IMG/VR virus record: IMGVR_UViG_3300050821_007139
Coordinates: 27,469-91,468 of that record
DNA: 64,000 nt
Direction: 5' to 3' (one strand)
DNA from: a virus
Below, piece by piece: positions 29,403 to 39,322 of this stretch (positions are counted from its first letter, which is position 1; the number at the start of each line of letters is the position of its first letter). The position numbers and the translations under genes are program-made. The notes below the pieces were generated by a model, which was not told the DNA's origin, searched no databases, and saw only the letters and a list, made by a program, of their open reading frames with translations.

Positions 29403-30434
29403 TTAGGTTAGGATAGGGTTTAGGGTTTGTTTGGGTTGTGTATAGTTCGGTTTTGGGTCCTCCTTCTTAAAGCTGGTTCGGTTTTGGATAGCTTCAATTA
29501 ACTCTTTTGGTTCAGGCTTCCCTTGAAGTTTGCAAAATATTTCAGCTAAACCAGTGCTTACATCGTAAGTTGGCTTTAGACTGAAGGGCGCGCTAGTTTT
29601 GACTGCTATTGCGCCTTGAGGAGTTGTATGGATTAGTCTTTTTGTATTTCTCCCGGTTCCTTCTATTCGCATTTCGACTACATTATTAAAGTATCTTCCG
29701 AATCTTGGACCCAAAGCGCGGCCAAGTGCACTTGGAAAGGCTTTTTCGGAGCCGAAAATATCGCTTGAATTGGAGCTTAGGACACGATTTTTTTGTCCGG
29801 TTTTATTATCCTCCATGAAGCTTTCACTTATGTAATTTATATGGGTGATTACTATTACATGGCACTTGACTGCATCGGAGTATAGAAATCGTAGTACATT
29901 TTCCATTTTTTCTTGTGCGGCGCCTATAAATCTTCGCCATTCGTTACCTAATGGTTCGGCGCCTAATTTACTATTCATTTGTTGAACGTAGCTTAAAGCT
30001 GCATAGCCAGAGAAAGTCGAAGAGTCGAGTACTATTACGCTATCTTCACTCCAAGATGTAATTGGGCCTAATTTGACTCCACAGGCTTCGTCCCAGGAGT
30101 TTAGTAATTTTTCTATCTTTGGCCAAACGGTAGCGCTTTGGGGTTGAATCCTGACCTTATCTCCGCCTAGATCCATTGTTATCATTTTATGATTAACAGT
30201 TTCGTATCGGAAGGATTCTTCGAGATCGAGACTTTGTGCAATTTTATAATATGGGCTTTCAGGATCATGGAGGCAATTTAAAATTATATCTAATCCGTTA
30301 TCGACATCAATAACACGCAATTTATGACCGTTTAGAATTAAGGAAACTATGGCGCCGCTTTTGCCGACACCGGAATCTCCGGCAATACAAATCTTGATTG
30401 GTTTCTTGCCTAAACCTTCAGCGCCGGAAGTCAT
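29403..30434 (-). CDS. Sak4-like/AAA_24 ATPase
   Basis: GDSGVGKS, D.DNG, VLDS, VI.H, RYFN. Confidence 0.75.
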   Translation of the reverse strand: MTSGAEGLGKKPIKICIAGDSGVGKSGAIVSLILNGHKLRVIDVDNGLDIILNCLHDPESPYYKIAQSLDLEESFRYETVNHKMITMDLGGDKVRIQPQSATVWPKIEKLLNSWDEACGVKLGPITSWSEDSVIVLDSSTFSGYAALSYVQQMNSKLGAEPLGNEWRRFIGAAQEKMENVLRFLYSDAVKCHVIVITHINYISESFMEDNKTGQKNRVLSSNSSDIFGSEKAFPSALGRALGPRFGRYFNNVVEMRIEGTGRNTKRLIHTTPQGAIAVKTSAPFSLKPTYDVSTGLAEIFCKLQGKPEPKELIEAIQNRTSFKKEDPKPNYTQPKQTLNPILT

Positions 30435-30535
30435 TTAGGATCTCTTCCAAAGTATGATATTAATACTACAAATAAACATGCTACAAAGCCGGAAATACAT
30501 ATACATTGCTCCCAAGTCATGATTCAAATTACTCC

Positions 30536-30733
30536 TTAACCATTCTCTGATTTTGTTTCTTCTACTTTTCCGTGATTAAAGTTCGGCCCTGCTTTTGGGT
30601 CAGGATCGATTCGCTCCCCGGGCGGGTGTTGATGTACGGTGCCATCAGGACGAATGTAAAGTGGTATTTGCAGATTATCACTTAATTGTTGAACTTTGGC
30701 TTTAGCTACAGGGTCGATTTCTTTTGTTTTCAC
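30536..30733 (-). CDS. Hypothetical protein
   Basis: GTGA coupling. Confidence 0.5.
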   Translation of the reverse strand: MKTKEIDPVAKAKVQQLSDNLQIPLYIRPDGTVHQHPPGERIDPDPKAGPNFNHGKVEETKSENG

Positions 30734-30978
30734 TTGTAGTGCTCATCATTATCTTTTACTAATTTTTCAGCTGCGGTTTTGGCTTGTTCTTTAGTTATGT
30801 ATTCGCCAAACCCCGCCCCGTTTTTATAAACACCCCACGGATTTGTGGTCTGTTTGGCGTGCATTACCATAACTAATACTTTGCCGGTACTTTCTTCAAC
30901 GAATCTCTCATATTCTTCAACGCTGTCGCTTGATGCAATCCACATCGCTGCCACTATGGCGATAATAGGCTTGTTCAT
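30730..30978 (-). CDS. Hypothetical protein
   Basis: 82 aa ORF in operon. Confidence 0.5.
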   Translation of the reverse strand: MNKPIIAIVAAMWIASSDSVEEYERFVEESTGKVLVMVMHAKQTTNPWGVYKNGAGFGEYITKEQAKTAAEKLVKDNDEHYK

Positions 30979-30982
30979 CTCT

Positions 30983-31180
30983 TTATTTCCGCTTTAGGAC
31001 TATTCTGATTGAGTGCGGCCCGAAATTTATTTGTTGCGTTTCGCCTTTAACTTGTAGAGTAACCTCGCCTGTTACTTCATCAGCGGCTATAATATCCCCG
31101 GGCACATCGCGATAACTATCGGTGCGGATTATCTTATATCTAGCTTTTTCTTCTGTGTTATCGCCGGATTCGAATTTCAT
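30983..31180 (-). CDS. Small beta-rich protein, paralog of 21765-21992
   Basis: Clear internal homology. Confidence 0.7.
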   Translation of the reverse strand: MKFESGDNTEEKARYKIIRTDSYRDVPGDIIAADEVTGEVTLQVKGETQQINFGPHSIRIVLKRK

Positions 31181-31350
31181 AATAAATCTTCCAACTTTGG
31201 TGGATTATAGCGATGACGGCACTGCTGACATTCGTATGGCTTATCATTGGCATTTAAATGAAAAATTTTGGTAGCTCTACCGCTGCATTTGGGGCAGACC
31301 CGTGGTGAAGTCCATTTTTTAGGAGCCTTTAATCTGTCCTCTATGATCAC
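31177..31350 (-). CDS. Zinc-ribbon protein (57 aa, not in ORF track)
   Basis: Hand translation ...VCPKCSG...YECQQCRHRY...; GTGA/ATGA coupling on both sides. Confidence 0.65.
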   Translation of the reverse strand: MIIEDRLKAPKKWTSPRVCPKCSGRATKIFHLNANDKPYECQQCRHRYNPPKLEDLL

Positions 31351-32546
31351 GGCTTTTCTCTACTTTTTAGGGGATCCCAGACTCGCTTATCATAGTTAGC
31401 TTTTAGCAGGGTTTCTCTTATTTCAGGCGCTTCAGCGCAGACTTTCCTGAACGGGCATTGATAGCTTAATTCGCCAGTTTGTGGATCTTCATAAACTTGT
31501 CCACACATTTTTTCGTTCATAGGCCAATGATTTCTTTCAGCGGCTACTTCTGCTAAGCTGATATAATATTCGGTATCTGTTATCCATTCAGCTAGGTAAC
31601 TTTCACTTCGGGCTATCTCTCTTCGTTCAAATTCAGTGCTTTCTACTTTGATTTGACTTGCGTCGATGATCACACCTTTTATTTCTTCACTGAAGACGAG
31701 TTTACCAGCGTAGGAGTAAAAGGAGACTTGATTATCAGGTGAGTATTTGGCAAAATAAGCGGAATTTAAGGTAAATTTGGTTGTCTTCGCATCGGGTATC
31801 CAAAGTGCTTCTTGAAACTCAGCTATACGATCGAAATGGCCGCATAAAATATATGTTTCGCCAACGGTTCCGGTGCCGTTACAATTTCTGCATTCTTCTA
31901 AGCCATCATCAATGTGATCTGGCAAATTTAGATTGAGTGGTTCTCTTAATATTTGTCCGTCGCCGAAACAAATTGGACATTCGACTTGAGTTATAGTTGT
32001 TTTCTTATCTAGTTCTAATCTAAAGCTTAGTTCGACTGCGGCTTTTCCATTAGCTAAGATATAAGTCTTAAAGCTGTCATTTTTAAAATTATCTAAATAA
32101 TCAATAATGGAACGGATTAAGGTGATTCGGTTTTTATTGGGATTATCACTTATCCAGGGACGATTAAGTTTATCATCCCAGGTTGATATTAGAGCATGCT
32201 TAACTGACTCTATTAAGGCGCTTTCGTGATCGTCGCCGGCTGCTAAGCGGTGTTGGTATAACTCTAATGCGGAATGATACTCTAGGCCAAAACGTAGGTG
32301 AACGGACTGTTCACGAGGAACCCAGCCGTCAATGATAGTATATTTGTAACGCCGTTGACAGCCTTTAAATTCTCCAAGCGATGTCGAATCCCAAGCTAAT
32401 TGAAGGGTAGGAAGGAGTTTAGAGAAGCTGGAATTAATGTACGGGCCTTCCACCCGCGCGCCAGTTCTAGCCTGGTTCTCCTGACCGGCCATATTTTCGG
32501 TTTCAGGCAGATTGGAATTATTGATTATTAGCTCTAATTGGTTCAT
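31347..32546 (-). CDS. PD-(D/E)XK (RecB/Cas4-like) exonuclease with inserted CxxCxGxG zinc finger
   Basis: STSL..F..C.RRY, FG..YH..LE, E..F, G.FDR, D.KTT, Q...Y; C-terminal Cys; insert CPICFGDG...CRNCNGTG. Confidence 0.8.
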   Translation of the reverse strand: MNQLELIINNSNLPETENMAGQENQARTGARVEGPYINSSFSKLLPTLQLAWDSTSLGEFKGCQRRYKYTIIDGWVPREQSVHLRFGLEYHSALELYQHRLAAGDDHESALIESVKHALISTWDDKLNRPWISDNPNKNRITLIRSIIDYLDNFKNDSFKTYILANGKAAVELSFRLELDKKTTITQVECPICFGDGQILREPLNLNLPDHIDDGLEECRNCNGTGTVGETYILCGHFDRIAEFQEALWIPDAKTTKFTLNSAYFAKYSPDNQVSFYSYAGKLVFSEEIKGVIIDASQIKVESTEFERREIARSESYLAEWITDTEYYISLAEVAAERNHWPMNEKMCGQVYEDPQTGELSYQCPFRKVCAEAPEIRETLLKANYDKRVWDPLKSREKP

Positions 32547-32715
32547 TTATTTGAATAATCTCATAAATTCAACTAACATAGCTACAAAAACAAATCCATT
32601 ACACCAAGCAAAGATGATTAAAAGTCCGTCATATTTTCCTAATCCAATACCGAGCGCCATCATTCCGCCAGTTAGAAGAAACATAAGAAACATGATTAAA
32701 ACAAACCAGCGCATT

Positions 32716-32919
32716 TCACTTATCTTGACTTAAGTGCTGAGCAGTTTTCAAATTACTTAATGCGATATGGATTTGCGTTTGTGCGTTATTTGAAAGCTTC
32801 TCTTCTAGAGCTTTGTTTAAATAAAGCTCTATATTGCTCATAAGGAACTTAATTGCTTTTAGCTCGCCGGAACTAAGCCGCTTCGAGCGTGAGCTTGGAT
32901 TTGTTTTTGTTTCGCTCAT
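32716..32919 (-). CDS. Hypothetical protein
   Basis: ATGA coupling. Confidence 0.5.
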   Translation of the reverse strand: MSETKTNPSSRSKRLSSGELKAIKFLMSNIELYLNKALEEKLSNNAQTQIHIALSNLKTAQHLSQDK

Positions 32920-33308
32920 ATCTCAATATCCTTGGCCATATCTAGGGCTTCGCTTATTGAAACTGTTTTCTTTCGGGTCTTTTTTGGTTCTAGTAGATCC
33001 TTTTCGATTTTTTCTTTGGCTAATTTGGCGAAATGAGATTTTTTATCGCGGACCCAACGAGCTAAGTAACGGACATTTGTAGTTAGATCCTCATTGCTTA
33101 ACGATAATGGGTTTGTATTAAAAGTAATCTGCGCTCGTTCCATAAGCTCGTCTAGCGATTTTGGATCGGCTTCGCTTAATGGCGAATTAGCACTGGCTTC
33201 TAAGAGAGCCTTTAGTGGCGATTGAGATTCTTCATTCATTTTGGACGGTCCGGGCAGTAATCGCACATTAATGGTGCGCCAATTAATATAAACGTTGCGC
33301 CGTGCCAA
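32916..33308 (-). CDS. Hypothetical protein ending DIEI (probable start MNEES ~33239)
   Basis: EADP.SLDEL motif; C-terminal DIEI. Confidence 0.6.
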   Translation of the reverse strand: MARRNVYINWRTINVRLLPGPSKMNEESQSPLKALLEASANSPLSEADPKSLDELMERAQITFNTNPLSLSNEDLTTNVRYLARWVRDKKSHFAKLAKEKIEKDLLEPKKTRKKTVSISEALDMAKDIEI

Positions 33309-33598
33309 TCTAGTTCGGGGTTCATTTCTTCTGGATTCTCTACTATGACATAGTGGAACAATGTCTTACGACTGTAAGGTCGTGCAACTTCCTCCAATTT
33401 AATATGGACATGGGATACATAGCTTATATTATTCATCTTGATATCCTTACTAATTATACATCCGAGCCTAATTTTCTCATAGCCTCTGAGCGTAGTTAAT
33501 TTGCGATCACGCAAATCTTGTGCTTCTTGAGAACGGTCATTGATATACAGCATGCCAATGAATTCATAACGCTTTGTATAGGCTGCATACCAAGTCAC
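33236..33598 (-). CDS. Hypothetical protein
   Basis: 120 aa ORF in operon. Confidence 0.5.
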   Translation of the reverse strand: MTWYAAYTKRYEFIGMLYINDRSQEAQDLRDRKLTTLRGYEKIRLGCIISKDIKMNNISYVSHVHIKLEEVARPYSRKTLFHYVIVENPEEMNPELDWHGATFILIGAPLMCDYCPDRPK

Positions 33599-33627
33599 GA
33601 TATTAGACCTGACTTGAGTTTCATTGC

Positions 33628-33825
33628 TTATTTGCTCTCTTCTTTATCTATCAGCCGCCTGGCTATATCTTCAGTTTCGATTAGAAATCGTCGAATTGCG
33701 ATTCGAACTGCTTTACTGACACCAATTTTTCCTTTACCCGCGAAAAGGAATTCTAACTTGGTATTGTCTTCCTTATCGACCATGTAGTGTTTTTTGATAA
33801 GGTTCTCTTGGCGAGCGGGAGGCAT
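33628..33825 (-). CDS. Ribbon-helix-helix-like DNA-binding protein
   Basis: Short strand followed by two helices, G.SKAVR.AIR.FL. Confidence 0.5.
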   Translation of the reverse strand: MPPARQENLIKKHYMVDKEDNTKLEFLFAGKGKIGVSKAVRIAIRRFLIETEDIARRLIDKEESK

Positions 33826-33831
33826 GAGAAT

Positions 33832-34188
33832 CTATCTCTTCTCTTTTTTTATCATTTCCAGTCCAGCTTTTAGCCTTGCTTCAACACGTTTTTGAGCCGA
33901 AGCTATAGTTATTTCGTCGTTTGATCCTTGGGCTTCTTTGGCTATCTCTTCGCTATGATCAAAGTCAGGGACTTCTAGTTTCATTTGGCTTGAGATTATG
34001 TCAGCTTCTATTTGGACCTGAAGATTAGTTAGGTTTGGATGATCAGCTATAAATTGAATTAGTCCTTCTAAGAGTTGATCTAGGAAGATTTTATTTAGAA
34101 TTTTGGCTTCAATAGTTCCTAATGAATCGCCAGGATTAAATCTTGGTTTAAGGGTTATAATCAGCTCGTCTATTATTACTAAACTCAC
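33832..34188 (-). CDS. Hypothetical protein, weakly related to 45967-46548
   Basis: PRFNPG...EAKILN versus PRFTPG...LARALN. Confidence 0.55.
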   Translation of the reverse strand: MSLVIIDELIITLKPRFNPGDSLGTIEAKILNKIFLDQLLEGLIQFIADHPNLTNLQVQIEADIISSQMKLEVPDFDHSEEIAKEAQGSNDEITIASAQKRVEARLKAGLEMIKKEKR

Positions 34189-34194
34189 TTTGCT

Positions 34195-34443
34195 TTAACT
34201 CACACGCTTGATTTCAAAGGTTGGGGTTCTTTTAATTAAAATGCAGGGTTTTGATTCATGCTGTTCTAAGATGAAACTTAAACCGATTCCGATTTTCTTC
34301 CGTCGGCGTAAGCTATAGCATGCGAAGCGGAAACTTTCGGCCTCAGAGATGTTATCGAATTTAATTAAAGCTTCAGCGCCGTTTAAGATTGGCATTAGAG
34401 CAGCTCTAATTTGCTCCTCGCTCCATTTATGTCTTAGGGACAA
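34195..34443 (-). CDS. Hypothetical protein
   Basis: 82 aa; A..FR...Y..RR resembles ORF 35757. Confidence 0.55.
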   Translation of the reverse strand: MSLRHKWSEEQIRAALMPILNGAEALIKFDNISEAESFRFACYSLRRRKKIGIGLSFILEQHESKPCILIKRTPTFEIKRVS

Positions 34444-34645
34444 TTTAACTTAGATCCTTATCTAAAATAAACCTGAAACCCACCAAAGCCAGGCTGCAAA
34501 GATAGTGCTTGTCGTTGCCCGAAGTGTATAAACATCTGCACCCTTGAACTGACCGCCATTCGCGGCAGCTACTAAGCAATATGGTATATCTAACACTAAT
34601 GAAAGCAATAGGAACCATTTCATGGGTTGGTCTTTATCACCTAAC

Positions 34646-35047
34646 TTAAGCTTTGAAGCTTACTTTGAGTTTATTGTTTAGATCAAATATTAATTCGCCT
34701 TCGATGTCTTCTGTTCCTATGTCCATTTTTTCGGCAAAGATGGCTGGGATATAGCCTAATTGGTGCTCGGTTAAATCGCAGACTTCATCTAAAGTAAATC
34801 CGGAACTAGCTAGGGCAGATATTAGCTCTCTTTTATCGACTTTTAAGAATTCTTCTGTTTTTATCCAAACGCCGATTGCATTGGCTCGTGTTTTGGGATG
34901 ATCGGGTTCTTGGCGTAGGATTAACTTTGCGCCGATTGGAAGGACTTCTAAGATTGCTTGAGCAGGTGGTCGGTAATGGGCGCCCACGATTTCATAGCTA
35001 TAGGCAGTTTTGAGACCTGAAGACATGAGTACCACGGTCTTGTTCAT
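34646..35047 (-). CDS. HIRAN-domain protein
   Basis: IVG.HYR, L.L..EPD.P...NAI.V, LGYIP. Confidence 0.75.
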   Translation of the reverse strand: MNKTVVLMSSGLKTAYSYEIVGAHYRPPAQAILEVLPIGAKLILRQEPDHPKTRANAIGVWIKTEEFLKVDKRELISALASSGFTLDEVCDLTEHQLGYIPAIFAEKMDIGTEDIEGELIFDLNNKLKVSFKA

Positions 35048-35049
35048 TG

Positions 35050-35418
35050 TTATATCTCTATTTCTCTTTCTAGCTCGAATTGGGTTTCTTGAAGTTTGTA
35101 GCTTCGCTTTAGATCCTTAGCAAATTCAACATCGCTGGGTTCATTGATTGAGCTTAGATTAATTTCAAATAAAGTCTCTAGGGTATTTTCTGGATCAAGC
35201 CGGTAAGAGTTGATAATCTCGCTTAGCTTTTCGTCGGGAATTATTCGTGTGACTTGGCGAGATAGATATCTTCCGGAACCGGAGTTTGGAATCATCGCAC
35301 TTATTGTTATTGTTTCGTCTTGATTTGGAAATAGGTTTAATCGCGGCACGACGACGCGTTTGCCGAGTAACTCGGGAATATCATTTATTCTTTTTCGATT
35401 GGGGTCAAAGAGGTTCAA
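35050..35418 (-). CDS. Hypothetical protein ending EIEI
   Basis: 122 aa; AAAGGA SD. Confidence 0.6.
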   Translation of the reverse strand: MNLFDPNRKRINDIPELLGKRVVVPRLNLFPNQDETITISAMIPNSGSGRYLSRQVTRIIPDEKLSEIINSYRLDPENTLETLFEINLSSINEPSDVEFAKDLKRSYKLQETQFELEREIEI

Positions 35419-35434
35419 GGGTTTAATTCCTTTT

Positions 35435-35752
35435 TCAAGTTCTTGCCTCGTTACGACTTCGCTTCATTGCCCTTGCTGCTCGAATGTTGCTTTTTTGCTT
35501 TAACCTGAAATGCTCTCGTTCGCGCGATAGAATCTCAATTGCTTCTGGACTTAATAAAGGTTCTGCTATGGCCGCATCTATGGCTTGGATGTAGGCTAGG
35601 AGCTTACTTGAGCTGGTTTCTTGATTTGAATAGAAAGCTTCTATGGCTTCTTGCGTATAGGTTTTTATCATTGATTTTAATTGTCTTTGGCTTGTGATTG
35701 CTTCATCTACAATTTGTATTAGGGCTAGTAGGCGGTCTTGAGTTATGGGCAT
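35435..35752 (-). CDS. Hypothetical protein
   Basis: 105 aa helical ORF with basic C-terminus. Confidence 0.55.
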   Translation of the reverse strand: MPITQDRLLALIQIVDEAITSQRQLKSMIKTYTQEAIEAFYSNQETSSSKLLAYIQAIDAAIAEPLLSPEAIEILSREREHFRLKQKSNIRAARAMKRSRNEART

Positions 35753-35756
35753 AAGA

Positions 35757-36035
35757 TTAGATTTTTATATCTTCTGAACTTATTTGTTCTTTATCTGAAT
35801 TTAGAATCCATAACTCATATTCGGGATTGTCTGGGCTTATTCGGATCTGCAAGTTGGCATATTTAGCGTTTGGGTATTTGGAGCGGAATTTGTAAAGTAA
35901 CATGCGGGCTTGAAAGGAGTCTTCGGTGCCGATTCTATAGCCGGTTTGGGCGTCAGCCCCGGCGCTTAGTGCAGCCTCACACATAATACCTAGAGGGGAA
36001 TCTAGGGTTAGATAATTGTATGAAGCCTCTGTCAT
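35757..36035 (-). CDS. Hypothetical protein ending DIKI
   Basis: 92 aa ORF in operon. Confidence 0.55.
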   Translation of the reverse strand: MTEASYNYLTLDSPLGIMCEAALSAGADAQTGYRIGTEDSFQARMLLYKFRSKYPNAKYANLQIRISPDNPEYELWILNSDKEQISSEDIKI

Positions 36036-36036
36036 T

Positions 36037-36216
36037 TTATTTCTTTTTCTTACTTTGACCGCTTTCGCTGAGCCCGATTGCTATTGCTTGAGCACGCGAT
36101 TTTACTTTAGGGCCGGACTTGGAGCCGGAATGAAGCGAGCCGGATTTGTATTCGTCCATGACTTGTTTCATTGCGGCGCGCTTTTGAGGCTTGGTTACGG
36201 GAGTTTTAGAGGGCAA
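36037..36216 (-). CDS. DUF6496-like small basic protein (not in ORF track)
   Basis: Hand translation ...MKQVMDEYKSGSLHSGSKSGPKVKSRAQAIAIGLSESGQSKKKK; AAAGGA SD, TTG start. Confidence 0.75.
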   Translation of the reverse strand: MPSKTPVTKPQKRAAMKQVMDEYKSGSLHSGSKSGPKVKSRAQAIAIGLSESGQSKKKK

Positions 36217-36600
36217 TTTTAAGTTCCTTTCTCATATGTTCATTGCAATAAAGAAAAATAAAATAGCAATGAGGAATAGTATATCTATAAATGGCTCTAG
36301 ATTCGCGATTATAAATCCGTTGCGCGTCGAAATCCAAAGCCTAGTTCCAATGAGCTTCATTTTTTTCTAAACCTTATCTTCCATACGCTTACTTGAAGAT
36401 TGGGTAGTTGATTTTAGTTTGGCTCAACTACCAAAAGCCAAGAAGATTTTAGTAGGGCTTTCTACCCTACTGTTTGCATTTTAAAATCTCCTTTAATGGA
36501 GGTATCGCCTGCCCAATGCGCCAATATCTTGCATCAAAGGGCAGGGGAAGTCAAGGGCTTTTTGCTAAGCATACTTTTGCCAAGCATGGTTTATCCTTCT

Positions 36601-36828
36601 TTACCTTTCTGGCATTGGCCGGACTGGCTTCACTTCTTTACTTTCATATGTTGTTAGATGCCTATGGTTTTTGTGTATTTTTGGCCAAGGTGTTTGCTGG
36701 CCGATTACATATTCGCTCATTGCTATTAGTCGGGTTGCTATTTCTTTTCTAGTTCGGAAGGAATCTGTTAAATAAAGCGCTCTTCCCATTAAGAAAAGTT
36801 CTCTATAGTCGTCTCGATTGAAGCTCAT
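36601..36828 (-). CDS. Hypothetical protein
   Basis: ATGA coupling. Confidence 0.5.
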   Translation of the reverse strand: MSFNRDDYRELFLMGRALYLTDSFRTRKEIATRLIAMSEYVIGQQTPWPKIHKNHRHLTTYESKEVKPVRPMPER

Positions 36829-37061
36829 TTCTCTTGATCTCTTGTTCTAATTGCATTTACACATCGTTTATAACTATCGCTTGGCCCTGGTTCAATGGGC
36901 CAAAACCATCCGACAGAACAAAAGGTGCATAAATAAGGGCTTCCGCTGTAATAATCATCATCTGAAGATTGCCATACAAAGCCTTTAGCACCGCAACATG
37001 GACAATAATATTGTGTCTTGGTCCAAGATTCTCCGTTAAAGTTAATACTCCTTTCACTCAT
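36825..37061 (-). CDS. Zinc-ribbon protein
   Basis: CPCCG...DYY.G..YLC..C. Confidence 0.6.
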   Translation of the reverse strand: MSERSINFNGESWTKTQYYCPCCGAKGFVWQSSDDDYYSGSPYLCTFCSVGWFWPIEPGPSDSYKRCVNAIRTRDQEK

Positions 37062-37333
37062 GATCTATGTTTCCTTCTTAAACTCCAGCGGACCTTGGCC
37101 GCATTGGAGGCTATGTTAGAGCGTTGGGTGGGATTTAATTTGTCGGCCCTTGCCTTTCCGCCTAGCTTACCGTTGGTGCTACGGATTTGGCTTATATGGG
37201 CTAGCTTGCGCTCGTGTTCGATTTGCTTTTCGTCGCTATGGGTTCCGTCAAATCGGGCCGGGCAGAGGAACTTGGATTCATCTACGTCCCAGAATAGCTC
37301 GAGGCCGCAGTAGCATTTGTTGAAATTGTTCAT
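37058..37333 (-). CDS. Small basic protein with GGKARA..L....RS.IA..AA..RW motif
   Basis: Recognisable basic repeat motif of small phage/bacterial proteins. Confidence 0.65.
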   Translation of the reverse strand: MNNFNKCYCGLELFWDVDESKFLCPARFDGTHSDEKQIEHERKLAHISQIRSTNGKLGGKARADKLNPTQRSNIASNAAKVRWSLRRKHRS

Positions 37334-37910
37334 GGAAGGTTTTCAGTGCGCAAGGGCGATTATGGCGCCCAATGACGCTACGAGCAGCGCAAGCAAAATC
37401 TGGGAGATCGCTGCGATCTTGTTTTCAGATGCGGTACGCTCGCCAGCGACGGGGGTTAGCGAGATCTGCATCTCGCCAGATTCGAGTTTCTCCCGAACCC
37501 CTGGTGGATAGACGAGCGCTCCATCAGGGCCTTTTTTTGCTCCGGTTTCTGCCATGTATTGATTAAGGATGGCAGAAAAGGCGGCTGAGCGTGAGTCTCG
37601 TTGGGCCATTTTCATTTTTCTCCTGTTGAAGTTGTTCATTTGTTTTCCTTTAGTTGCTCTAGGATCTTTTCTAGCGTCATATAAATACGCCATAATGCCA
37701 TGTTCACTGTTGCTGATGTTAGCACTAGAAGTAGTATTATAGTGGCCATCATTGGTTATATCTGCCCCGATTCTACATCGTAGCAATAATCCTCGCAGAT
37801 GTCTTGTAGAGCTTGAGCCAGGGATTTTATCGTATCTTCGGAAGCTTTAGAGTCTTGTAGGAAATATTGAGCCAATTCGTAGCATTTTTCATCATATGAA
37901 TATTTCCTAT

Positions 37911-38324
37911 TCATATCTCGATCTCCGATTCGGGTTTAGATATTTGTGATATTTCTTTTCGTAGTTTTGGTTCGGACTTAAATCTTGGTTTGTTACCTAA
38001 GCTTAGATTAGGAAAACCCCACCGATCGGTGTGCTCCAAAGCTCGCTTTAGATAATCTAGGGACATATCTCTTGTTATTAATATATCTCCGTCGTTATCG
38101 CAGAGATAACGGTAATTTTGAGCCCAGATTGGGAGGGTGAAATAAGTTGTGCTCTCGTTTTTCTTATTCCAATGCCAAGTTGTTACGTCAACGACCGCAT
38201 TTAAGGTGCCATGTTCGCTTAGAAATTGAGCTAGTGGGCAATAATTACGATCGCTTGCTTCGCCAATGATGGAATCTGGAGCGAAGCTTTCGTGCCAAGA
38301 TTGGAATTCGGTTGGATCTAGCAT
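37911..38324 (-). CDS. Hypothetical protein ending EIEI
   Basis: CPLA.FL...LP.WA motif. Confidence 0.65.
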   Translation of the reverse strand: MLDPTEFQSWHESFAPDSIIGEASDRNYCPLAQFLSEHGTLNAVVDVTTWHWNKKNESTTYFTLPIWAQNYRYLCDNDGDILITRDMSLDYLKRALEHTDRWGFPNLSLGNKPRFKSEPKLRKEISQISKPESEIEI

Positions 38325-38574
38325 GAGATTTATCGCCTATTTATAGTACATTCCTTGATTCGTTGTCGTCGTAGGTTACTTGTAAGTTGGATTCACATTC
38401 GGAGATTGTTTTTGGGAGCGTAAAGGCTACTCGGCCCCAATGATTAAGGTCCATTAGCCATTCAAGGGCCGATTCAAAAACAGATTCGGAAATTACATGA
38501 TTGTTGTTGATTAGCAACTTGGCGGTTTGATAAGTGAGCATAGTTAGGTTTCCTCTTCTTTTTGGGGGCAATCT

Positions 38575-38866
38575 TTATGCTGCGTCCTTAGCGGCTTGCT
38601 TGTGGGCGCAAACACCACTACTAAGCGAATAGAAATCGCCACGGGTGCGGAGTGCTTTATTAAGCAGGAGCTTTGTTTAGTTCAGAGCGAGCATCCCATA
38701 GGCCGAGCGGGATGGTGTTAAGATGCTCGTCTCCCTTTTCGAGGGCAGCCTTGATCACTGGCAACAGAGCGGAACCAACATAGCTAATGTGCGCGTCCTG
38801 ATAAACTCCGCGGTAATAGTCGGCGTGCGTCGCGCGACCATCCATGTAATCTTTGCGGGTAATCAT
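38575..38866 (-). pseudogene. Small gene apparently interrupted by a +1 frameshift near 38670
   Basis: Frame 1 reads MITRKDY...WDARSELNKAPA-stop; another frame continues LLNKALRTRGDFYSLSSGVCAHKQAAKDAA-stop; span is 292 nt (3n+1). Confidence 0.45.
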
Positions 38867-38990
38867 TTGTAGAATTCCTTTAAGCTGAAGTTTGTATATT
38901 TCTTTAGGATTTGTTTTTCTCTTTGTTTTAGTTTTAGTCTCGCATACCTTCGGGCTCGCATGCGGACTAGGATTGTAAGGCGTTCTAGGG

Positions 38991-39302
38991 TCATGAGATT
39001 TGATCCTTCTCCTTGTTGCGCTTGTCAGCCTTGCGTTGAAACCGAGAGCGTTTAGAGGGGCGATTGATTTTTTTGTGTAACTTGGGCGTCTCATCGACAA
39101 CTGACTCAGGCTCAGTTAGAAGGTCACGGCCAGCCATATCGCAACGTCGAACTTCTGTGAATCCTTCACGCATCTTCAATTCATGAGCAGTGATACCAAA
39201 CCAGTTTGAGCGATAAATCTTACCGTCAGCCACGTATAGGTAACTACCGTGAATCGGATAGTCGTCTGGTAAAACCGGCTCGTCTAATTCTTGATTGGGC
39301 AT
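38991..39302 (-). CDS. Hypothetical protein (start re-placed downstream of the tRNA)
   Basis: AAGGAG SD before MPNQELDEP. Confidence 0.6.
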   Translation of the reverse strand: MPNQELDEPVLPDDYPIHGSYLYVADGKIYRSNWFGITAHELKMREGFTEVRRCDMAGRDLLTEPESVVDETPKLHKKINRPSKRSRFQRKADKRNKEKDQIS

Positions 39303-39322
39303 GTTTTCACTCCTTTTGGTTT

